64,000 nucleotides of DNA, from assembly GCA_951406725.2 (NCBI GenBank), contig OX597821.1:52700001-52764000 (forward strand), written 5' to 3'. Position 1 is the first letter of the stretch, and every line of letters begins with the position of its first letter. The stretch comes from Octopus vulgaris. Lineage: Eukaryota. Of this stretch, positions 54,200-64,000 are shown in pieces. The translations under genes and the position numbers were made by a program. Below the pieces are notes generated by a model that saw only the letters and a program-made list of their open reading frames with translations, did no database searches and had not been told where the DNA came from.

Positions 54200-56312
54200 A
54201 TACCACCAAGATTGGTGCTGAATTTCAAACTACTTTGGGAGATATACTGTCTTATCTAGTAAATATTTTGATGTGAAATATATTTTCCCACTCTACTAAT
54301 AAATCATTCGTTCCTAACTTTTATATCTTATCTCCATTATTCGTACAAGAGTATTGAAATGTTTAAGTGAAAAGGCAGTGGCCTCACACAAGAGGTTCAA
54401 CAGAGGCGCTTCAGTGATGCCGTTGCTATCACACCTTATGAAAGCATGTGTTGCGTTGCTGTCTCCCATCCCACCATCTTCTGTCCGGCGTCCCATTTAG
54501 TTTCGCTGTTATACCCGTTTGGTGACTGTTTGCTCACGGGCACTGTGCATTTGTCAATTACATTTCTTTTTCAAGTTTTTGTTGTAAACATGGAATTTTC
54601 ATGACCATGGTCACACGAGAATGCAGAAATTCACCAGATATATTTTATGTGTGTGGATACTATGTTTACTATGTGGGAAAAAGTGAATGGAGCTAAGTAA
54701 TGCATTGCTTATAGACTGCATTTTGGAATGAGTATGTGTGACCAAGGAAAACCATGGGCCCCTGATGTGATATATCGAACTTGTAGATTAAATGTCGATG
54801 GTTGGGCTAGAAGTGCAAGAAAATCAATGTCTTTTGCTGTTCTGAGAGTTTGGCGAGGGCCCAAGAATGGTCACAATGATTGCTGTTTTTGCATGGTTGA
54901 TACATTAAATACGGAAGAGTTAAGGGAAGTAAAGCCGTTCTGTATGCCAGCATTCCATTCTCCATTGCACCTCTGTCACATAATAACGTACCGATTCCCC
55001 GGCCGCCAGAAAATGTTAGTACATCCTAAGTATTAATATCAAATTTTTATTTCATTCATGGCAATAGAATCAATATTGAAATTTGTGATTACACATAAAA
55101 TTATTATTAAGGTTCCAACTATTAAATGCAACCTTTTAAATTTTTCAGGTAGAGGATATAATGGAGGTCTCAGCAGGAGAGTCCGAAAGTGGCGAAAACG
55201 AAGAAATGTATGCAACACTTGAGCCAGGAGCGAGTGCTTGCCTGCACTTTCCAAATCTACGTGAACTGGATGATCTCATTAGGGACTTGGGTTTCACTAA
55301 ATCAGGAACTGAGCTTTTAGCATCCAGGCTGAATGAATGGAGTCTCTCGCGGAAGGACCGCAGATTAACTATATATATAGGAGGTACCATGAGGAATTCG
55401 AAGTATACTTTTACAGAATTGAGGATCTTTGCTTCTGTAAAGACATAAAGAGCGTATTTACAGCTATTGCAATTGATCACAACCTTGAGGAATGGTGACC
55501 TTTCATAGCGCAACAAAAAGCCCCAAAGCCGCTTTATTGCACAATAGAAATCAGCATCAATCCCTTCCTATTGCATACTCGGTACAAATGAAGGAAGATT
55601 ATGACAACGTATATAAAGCTTCTTGAGAAAGTAAACTATATGTTTAAATGGGATGTTTGTGGTGACTTTAAAATGCTTGACTTCATATTATACTTGGATT
55701 ACATCCTGTAATCCAAGTAAAATAAGATTTCTGGTAATAACAAAGACCCAATCAGCAAGCATGTCGTAGGAAAACTTATTGACTGTTATGAGAATTTAGG
55801 CTGTAGAATGTCATTAAAGGTATGTCTTTGCATTCGGATTTATACATTTTTCGCGAAAACTTAGGTCAAGTGAATGAGGAACACGGCGAGAAATTCCATC
55901 AGGATATTTCTACAGTGGAGAAAGGATACAGGGAAGATGGGACACTGCAATGATGGGGAGCTATATATGGTCAATGATGTGTACAGATATAGGATCTCAC
56001 AATGAGCACGAGTTTCGATGCATTTCTAGTAAAATATTATTATAATCTCATCATAGCTTTTCTTACATTTTCTCATTAGTTTAAAAATAAATATTAGAGC
56101 AAAATATTTTTTAGTTCCTATTAAGGTACAATGTGAATAATTTGAATAAAGTACTACCGCAGCTAAAGTTTCTTCCCATTCTCTAGAAAACCGCAACTTT
56201 CTCCTAAAATATCGATGCTGTGCAATTTTCAAGAGTAGTTTTGAAATCAGGAGAAAAATTACATTAGAAACGCTAAAAACATTTAGAGAATAAAAACTTG
56301 TATTTTCCAGTG
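54200..56312 (+). mobile_element. Chapaev3-type (CMC superfamily) DNA transposon remnant
   Basis: Right terminus ...ttccagtg (CAC/GTG-type end, 56308-56312). Subterminal 'agtagttttgaaatcag' (56236) is inverted relative to 'ctgaatttcaaactact' (54218). The left terminus is decayed. Confidence 0.72.
54607..56010 (+). pseudogene. Chapaev3-like transposase, frameshifted and internally deleted
   Basis: Motifs in order: CRNSPDIFYVCG; DQGKPWAP; SMSFAVLRVWRGPKNGHNDCCFC; ELDDLIRDLGFTKSGTELLASRLNEW; KAALLHNRN..SLPIAYSVQMKEDYDNV; WDVCGDFKML; GCRMSLKV; FRENLGQVNEEHGEKFHQDISTVEK. Confidence 0.85.
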
Positions 56313-57701
56313 TAGTAGTAGTAGTAGTTGTCGTAATAGAGTGATTTTCGTGTAAAGGCACATGGCTATTCATCCAAATATAAAACTGGCATCATTTCAT
56401 TTTCTCACATTGAATGGCTGTATTTTAGACTTTAATTTGCATGTTATGTTTCGTAAAATTAAGATGTTATTCTACAGCTTTTCATCGCTGAAAACGTAAA
56501 ATGTTGCAGTTTCGTTCTAATTGAAATGAACCTACGACCATTAGTTACTTTTTCACTTTAAGACTTGATCCAATTAAATCTTATTCAAATTGGAACGCAA
56601 GAAGCACCTTCAGTATTCACTGAAATCAAATTAAGACTATAAAGGAAGGCAATTATCATGTTATTAGTGTCAGTTTCTAGGATACCTGCTTTTGCTTTCT
56701 ATGACGTTTATTTTCGAAATATCCGTGATGTCGGTTTTTTTGTTTCATGTATGTTTATTCAATGCTGATTTTCTACGGCAATACTTTCTCAGATTTGCTT
56801 GAGAAAGATGTATGATTCGGATTTTCTTGGAATACTTTAGGGGCATAATTGAACTAAAATAATTAAATTGCAGTTCAAATTTAGTTTGCCCTCAGCTATT
56901 CTACTCAGTGTAGATAATTTAGTAGCAATTGTTGCATTCTTTAAGTAGTAAATTCAGAGTATCCAATTCTGTAATCAAACCCGTAAAGTGGCTAAGTGGC
57001 TAAATCATAATATCAAACACTCATTATTGCTGATGCTACTTCTCTTGGCTGACGAGCTCCTTTAATTAATGGTCGCTAGAATAATATGTTGAACTTTATG
57101 GAGTTTTATGAGGGCCGCTACGAAATTCTGTTAGACGGTGATGCATCAGCGAAAGTGCATGTATGCAATCACGGGACCTTTTAAAAGAAGTAGCAATATT
57201 TCTATCAAAGTACTCATCCCTATCTTAAAACTAGCGTGAGATATTGGATGGAAAATGTATTTTTGGATAATACTATATTTGCAAAAAGGTTTAATGGTCA
57301 TGGTTTGACTAACAGGGCGCTATATCAGAACGACTTCAGGGATGCACTTTTGACAACGACAACCACGACGATGACGACCGCAACAACGATGGTGATGATG
57401 TGTAGTATCAGTCTGCGAACATGTTGCAAACGTCAAGTACTTTTTAAATACTCATTATTCCTATTATTTTCCCGTCCCTATCAACTTCTTTCAGTATGTC
57501 TCATACCTGTGATGAAGAGCCATTCTAATACTTGAGCATCTGTGAAATAACGATTGTTTAACAGAAGTAAAAAATATTTCATCAAAATATTCGTTTCATT
57601 CAGAATATTTCATCATCATAGTTTTCTGATTCAAGATTGATTTGTGAAATCACGAACATTTTTCAAGCCTTTTAAAACTTGGAGTTAGGAGGAAGTTGTT
57701 A

Positions 57702-58013
57702 TTAGTGAGAAGAGCTGGCCTCAACGCCGGCAACTGCCTTAACACAAAGAACCCCGTTGTGGAGCAAACCTGGTGTATTATCATGTTTAACACCTAAGGA
57801 CTGGACAACTTCTTTGACATGAATCCAGTCTCTTTTGATATCCCTTCGACTCAGGCACGGGTCAAATTTAAAGCCACTTGCTAGGCAAACATCGTAACTG
57901 GACATTCCAGCTTTCGCATAGCCAGGCAATTTTAATTGAATTGACCCACTCTTCTCATCATATTTTAACAGTTTTAATGACTTTGAAGCAGTGTTGAAGT
58001 TAGGCAAAGCCAA
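57702..58013 (-). pseudogene. Possible decayed non-LTR reverse transcriptase segment (domains 4-7)
   Basis: Correctly ordered resemblances: 'ALPNFNTA' ~ SP.LFN.A; 'LPGYAKA' ~ L.YADD; 'CLASGFKFDPCLS' ~ C..SGL..N..KS; 'VQSLGV' ~ .KYLG. The catalytic DD is absent. Confidence 0.4.
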
Positions 58014-58999
58014 AGCTTAAAGGCGTTTATTTATTTCTTGCATTTTTTTGTTTATTTATTTCGATTACAGTTATATATGCATATTCTATCAAATAAAGGC
58101 AATTGTTTTTCCCTGCAGAACTCATCTAGATACTAGTATATCAAGTCTAATTTTTAGAATATAAATACAAATGCTCGTCTATAAGTTAAATGTTTTGTTC
58201 AGCAAACTACATTATCCACTGAGTTCAACAAGGAAACGATGACTACAGATAAATATGAAACGGCATTCCATATGTATTCTATATAGAACTTTGGAGCCCT
58301 TTACTAAAATTCAACAAGAGAAAATACATCAACATAGCGCTTTTACTGAAATACCGCTGGACGAACTTTTGATAACGCAAACTTTATCGGACATATAATC
58401 ATTGATATGCGAAACAATATGAGGATCTATCTTAAGAAATCTTTGGTCATCTGCAAGTGCAATGAGAGTGGACTTGGGGGTTTAGAAAATGCTATGCAAT
58501 GTGAAAACATGCAGAATGCTTCAGCTTTTGTCACAACTATCGCTTTATCCAAATATATCTAGATTCATTAACGCCATATTTCTGACGAATCTCTGTATTA
58601 CATCTCAAAAGTGTCGCTGAAGAGGTCACGGATGTGTGACGAAAGATCTCCGGGCAATGTGTGTGTGTGTGTGTAACTGAAATATCAAGGCATCCCAATC
58701 AAACAAAAATTGTACACTGTCGGGAATTAATATAACAGACGAAGCAGAAAGACAATTAGAATTAATCACACATATTTCATTTAGAATAAAACTAGTTAAG
58801 GTCTCGATTTTGCATATTCTGTGGTACGAAAAATTCAAATACTCGACGGTATATGATTAACCGAGAAGATTATTGATGGATGGCAACAAAGTCGTTCAAT
58901 ATATTCCTATGCCTTACGTGTGCATACTACAGTATATTAACTTTCTTAATTCTTACATCAACTCTTTGAAAGCAATATTAACAACTGAAAGAAAGCAGC

Positions 59000-59208
59000 A
59001 AGCTGGTGAAGAGGGCAACATGCTGTGCAAAATGCTTAGCGGCTTCCCGTCCGTCTTTGCGCTCTGCGTTCAAATTCCACTGATGATGACGTCAACAGTG
59101 CCTTTCATCCGATGGGGGTCGACAAAATAACTATCTTTTGAATAATGGGTCGATGTAACTGACTTACCCTTCTCCCAAGTTATTGGTCTTGTGCCAAAAT
59201 TTGAAACC
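59000..59208 (+). mobile_element. Family C SINE
   Basis: 'aaaatgcttagcggc...cgttcaaattccac...gcctttcatccgatgggggtcgacaaaataa...gggtcgatgtaactgacttaccc...cttgtgccaaaatttgaaac'. Confidence 0.8.
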
Positions 59209-59574
59209 TGAAAAGATGTACTTTTAAATGTGTGTGTGTGTGCGTATTTGCATCTGTCATAAAGACAAAGTGACTTTCCCAAGACATCTATATTTTTGTC
59301 TATTTCACTTTTTTATGCCATGACTATATAAAAATACTTTTCCTCACAATGCTTGTGTTAGTCACGCAAAATCTGTAATAGCTGACTGAACAAATATAAG
59401 GTTCGTGTCAAAAAGATGATAACAACTTCGTGTTACTTGAAAAGGAAAACAGCCAAATTTTAGATGTCCAAATAGTTTGTGAATCTCTGTATCTCTCTCC
59501 TTAGCCCTCTCTCGCTCTTTCTCACTTTCTCTCTCTCTACACACACGCACACGCGCACACATATCATACATATA

Positions 59575-59735
59575 GGCACAGGAGTGGCTGCATGGTAAGT
59601 ATTTTGCTTACCAGTCACATGGTTCCGGGTTCAGTCCCACTGCGTGGAATCTTGAGTGTCTTCCACTATAGCCTCGGACCGACCAAAGCCTTGTGGGTTG
59701 ATTTGGTAGGCGGAAACTGAAAGAAGCCTGTCATA
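59575..59735 (+). mobile_element. Family D SINE, 5' half
   Basis: 'ggcacaggagtggctg...ggttccgggttcagtcccactgcgtgg...cggaaactgaaagaagcctgtc', ending at the internal TA tract. Confidence 0.85.
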
Positions 59736-59835
59736 TATATAAATATATATATATATGTATGTATATATAGAATTGTTTTTTCAGAATGAGATAAAGAAAC
59801 TAAGGCTGTGAAGATTTTAGAACATTTATGAATGG

Positions 59836-59883
59836 GTCTAACAGCTGTTTCCAGGATATATATTATATCCATCCATCAGAGAC
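59836..59883 (-). ncRNA. Hammerhead-like motif, left arm
   Basis: Minus strand: gtct-CTGATGG-at-ggatata(ata)tatatcc-tg-GAAAC-agct-GTT-agac. Confidence 0.6.
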
Positions 59884-60251
59884 GGTGTGAGAAAATGGTT
59901 AATCAATAGTTAATTCAGATATGATACGAAATAGAGAGTGAAGTGGATGAATGAAAATAGATGTGAGATATGCAGAGATATTGCATTTGTCGATCTATTA
60001 TTTAGCTAGAATTGTATACATATAAGATTCCAATATCTTGTGAGTAAATCCCAATAGTATTTAAAATTGGTCATTGTAAATTCCAATAGTAAAGTTGGTC
60101 ATTCCAAGTATAGCGTTTGTACATAGTGCTCTTGAATCAAAGGTTTTATTTAAGATCACCTGCATATCTCACATCTATTTTCATTCCTCCACTTCATTCT
60201 CTGTTTCGTAACTTATCTAAATTAACTAATACTTAACCATATTCTCACACC

Positions 60252-60299
60252 GTCTCCGATGAATGGATATAATACATATCCTGGAAACAAATGTACGAC
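60252..60299 (+). ncRNA. Hammerhead-like motif, right arm
   Basis: gtct-CCGATGA-at-ggatat(aatac)atatcc-tg-GAAAC-aaat-GTA-cgac. Confidence 0.5.
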
Positions 60300-60510
60300 C
60301 TTCTATTTATAAATGTTCTAAAATCTTCACAGCCTTGGTATTTTATCTCATTCTGAAAAAAAAATTATATATACGCATGCTGATATATGACCTACGTTGA
60401 ACTCCTTATTTGCATAACCACAGAACTTGTAGCTTAACTCTGGTCTGTTCATAGCTGTTACTCAGCATGACCTGACGCCATTGGGTCTTATTGATACCAT
60501 TACCTCTCAT

Positions 60511-60609
<99 letters not shown>

Positions 60610-60789
60610 TATGTGGGGCACATAACGTCATGGAACGTGTACAACAAAAACATACAACGTACGACTATATGGAATGTGGACTATTTTTTCGAACACCGAA
60701 AGACACAAATAGAAAAGAAGACAAATAACATAAAGAACGACCTTTTATTAGTTGTTGGTTTTCTACTCTCATTTTGCGAGCATATATAT

Positions 60790-61003
60790 GTAGGTGTGTT
60801 TGTGTGAATGTTTATCCTCCCACCCTCGCTTGACAACTAATGTTGATGTTTAGGTCCTCGTAACTTAGCGGTTCGGTAAAGTGAGGAATTGAATAAGAAC
60901 TAGGCTTGCAAAGAATAAGTCCTAGGGTCGATTTGCTCGACTAAAGACGGTGCTCTAGCATGGCCGCAGTCAAATGACTGAAACAAATAAAAGAGTAAAA
61001 GAA
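60790..61003 (+). mobile_element. Family D SINE, 3' half
   Basis: 'cgcttgacaac...gtaacttagcggttcgg...aagaataagtcctagggtcgatttgctcgac...gcatggccgcagtcaaatgactgaaacaaataaaagagtaaaaga'. Confidence 0.85.
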
Positions 61004-61030
61004 TATTGTATGTGTGTGAATGAGCGTATA

Positions 61031-61291
61031 GGTGAAGTCCCGTGGCTTAAAGTTTAGTGTGTTGGACTCATGAATATAAGATAGTGGGTTCAATTACTGG
61101 AGTAGGCGACGCATTGTGTTCTTGAGCAAAACACTTGATTTCACGTTGCCTCAGTCTACTCAGCTGGCAAAAATGAGTAATCCCGTGACAGACCGGCGTA
61201 CCATCAATCTGAGAAATATATAGGCCACGGAAATCAGGAAACCAACCTTTATAATTTGGAATGGATCAAGAAAGAAACTTTTACTTTTACC
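61031..61291 (+). mobile_element. tRNA-derived SINE, head B + different tail Z ending (ttttac)2
   Basis: 'cgtggctta...ggcgacgcattgtgttcttgagcaaaacacttgatttcacgttgc..cagtc.actcagctggcaaa.atgagt' matches the head/core of 4204-4526, then diverges completely. Confidence 0.8.
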
Positions 61292-61688
61292 TGATATATT
61301 TATATATTTTTATATATCTCTTTGTATATTTTTCTATCTATGTACATCTCTCTCCCACTCTAGACATAAATTAGATATAAATTTTCCATTAATTGATGGG
61401 GAAAATATTGTATTTTGTCTGCCTTCATGCATCTAATTAATATGTTTTCCACTTCAGTAAATTTTACTACTTTGCTTCCCTTACATTTTTGATAGAAATC
61501 TTGAAATGTCAACAAGATATAATGGCCTAGATTTTGCGTTTGTTTCGAAAAAATATTTTAATCAATAGCAAAACGTTACTATCACTTATACGAATGATGA
61601 ACATCGCTATAACTTGTACATACAAACACGCCCAAACACGGTAAAAAATATATATGAATATGTATAATACCAACACACAAACACACAC

Positions 61689-61724
<36 letters not shown>

Positions 61725-61798
61725 ATATATATATATATATATATATGTGTATTTATATATATATTTATATACATACATATATATAAATATATATACAA

Positions 61799-61833
<35 letters not shown>

Positions 61834-61974
61834 CGTGTTTCTGTGTATACATACATGTGCCTCTTGTTGATATATTTTGTTCTTATTTTGTGCTTTTTGG
61901 GTACTTTATCCTGTACTTGTCTGTCGTGTTTTTTTCGCTTGTTGGTGGTATCCTTTACGTGATGTGTATTGATG

Positions 61975-62058
<84 letters not shown>

Positions 62059-62094
62059 TAGCTAGATAAATAGGTAGATAGCCAGACGGGCAAC

Positions 62095-62312
<218 letters not shown>

Positions 62313-62797
62313 CACATGCTGTGAAATGAATCCATGACTTATTAGAATAACACATAACACTTGAGCGGTAAGCAAACCGCACGAATACGGAATAAATAGT
62401 GTAGTTGTTGAAATGGAACCGAATATGATTATGGTGTATAGCGAAGGAAACATATGTAATACAAACAGTTAGTATAGTTCTAGTTATTATAAAGAATGAG
62501 TGATATCGTTGGGTGATATTGAAGCATGTTGCGGAATATATATACTCATGATAGATGTTTGATCATATCTCCATGTTTACAAATCAGCAAAGACCAAAGA
62601 TTATCGAAACATCTGAAAAATGTTTCATTAAGCTGAATCGTAGTGAGACTGGAGCCATATTAATAATCGAATATCTGTATCTCTGCCAATAGAGGAAATC
62701 GATGTGACAAGAAGCAACAACAACCATCAATTAGATATATCCGAAAATATATAAGCACCTGCACAAATACACAAACACACACGTGCACACGCGCGCG

Positions 62798-62799
<2 letters not shown>

Positions 62800-62864
<65 letters not shown>
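62800..62864. repeat. (CA)n microsatellite
   Basis: Seen directly. Confidence 0.97.
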
Positions 62865-62867
<3 letters not shown>

Positions 62868-63087
62868 CACACTCACGTTTAATGGATTACACACATACGT
62901 ATAATGTATAATGGATTGGACGTGGCTTTGAACTTTCTGTGACACTAGGTTTATCGAAATATATATTTGCACACATATATATGTGTGTGTGTGGAATTAT
63001 ATATATATATATGTATACATACACACACACACACATATATATATATGTATATATATATATGTATATATATGCGTATATATATATAGG

Positions 63088-63122
<35 letters not shown>

Positions 63123-63399
63123 ACATATATATATATATGTATTTATATATGTGTATATATATAGATACAAATCCATACTTCTATAAACATACGTGTGTAT
63201 ATATATATATATATACTATATTTCAAACATATATTCATATGATTAATCAAGGAAATATTTCAAAGGCCTGTACATAATATATACATACATTGAAATAATT
63301 ATATTCCTATTAATATGCAATTGTTCACACGCTATGCAAATACTATCCTTATTATCTGGCAAACCGCCGACTACAATTCACCTACCCATTCACAAACTT

Positions 63400-63800
63400 A
63401 CTTATCACAATTAGACTTAAGGGGTCCATTGAAATTTGGCAAAAACCAACTCATTGACGCTAATCATGTCGGAAAGCTAAGCACACTCAATTTAGTTTTG
63501 CAGAAGTACATAATTTCTTTTATAAACGAAAAGAGCGGAATTTTAATATCTGCCGACATTTCTAAATGAAGCATTGAACGGAAACAAGAGGCGTTGTAGC
63601 TAACAGATTCCATTTTTTGTTAGCTTCTCGTATCGTTAAAGAGGCATCGTCGTGGATTATGCATTGCATATCCATACGATATTCTTTCCAGTTTCTTGAG
63701 TGTAACAACAAACAATCAAAATAATATAAATATTCCTCTGATAGGGAACTGCAACATTGCTTTCTCCGAAACATGAGGCCACAAATTTGGAAGTGCATGC
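63400..63800 (-). pseudogene. Possible very decayed hAT transposase fragment
   Basis: 'CIIHDDASLTIREANKKWNLLATTPLVSVQCFI' loosely resembles the hAT segment 'I.TDGA.SM.G...G...L......HC.IH'. Confidence 0.3.
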
Positions 63801-64000
63801 GATAATTACTTACATAGACTCCAGTAAAACACAGTATTTGTTTACCGACCAGTGAGACTGATAAGCAAATTTCGCTTCATCGGAATTTGATCATAAAACA
63901 TAAAATATTCTGGCTAAATACTTATCTACATAGCAATATTCCTCTCATATAATTACTGCTAGTTAGCATTTTGACGCTTGCATTCAGCATCTACACTAAC

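Larger units (their letters stand above)
59771..60366. mobile_element. Inverted pair of ~205-bp hammerhead-containing pLTR-like arms with a 184-bp spacer
   Basis: Arms 59771-59975 and 60160-60366 are reverse complements, e.g. aaggctgtgaagattttagaacatttat / ataaatgttctaaaatcttcacagcctt and gaaaatagatgtgagatatgcag / ctgcatatctcacatctattttc. Confidence 0.9.

Noticed and set aside
57490-57550. 'tgatgaagagc...gaaa' possible hammerhead
   Set aside because: Stem II and the GAAAC/UH site are not recoverable.
58025-58120. Polypyrimidine-AG splice-acceptor-like sites on the plus strand
   Set aside because: No open exon or donor follows, and such motifs are common in AT-rich DNA.

Overview
AT-rich, microsatellite-dense eukaryotic non-genic DNA (intron or intergenic). 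The repeat families look like those I recall from octopus/cephalopod genomes; this is an inference. I found no convincing host protein-coding exon, tRNA/rRNA gene or CRISPR array, and most listed ORFs are read-throughs of (TA)n, (CA)n or (TATG)n tracts. The window is a transposon graveyard: a chimaeric Penelope-like element (RT + GIY-YIG, 8.4-11.2 kb), CR1-like and RTE-like LINE 3' ends, several tRNA-derived SINE families with swapped modules, a hAT MITE with a perfect 8-bp TSD, and decayed Chapaev3 and Tc1/mariner transposases. The most interesting signal is a set of short non-coding elements carrying minimal or atypical hammerhead-ribozyme cores (CTGANGA...GAAAC with a palindromic stem III). 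Three of them form inverted repeats associated with microsatellites (42.6-42.9, 49.3-49.7 and 59.8-60.4 kb). All alignments and folds were done by eye, and family names come from recalled motifs.
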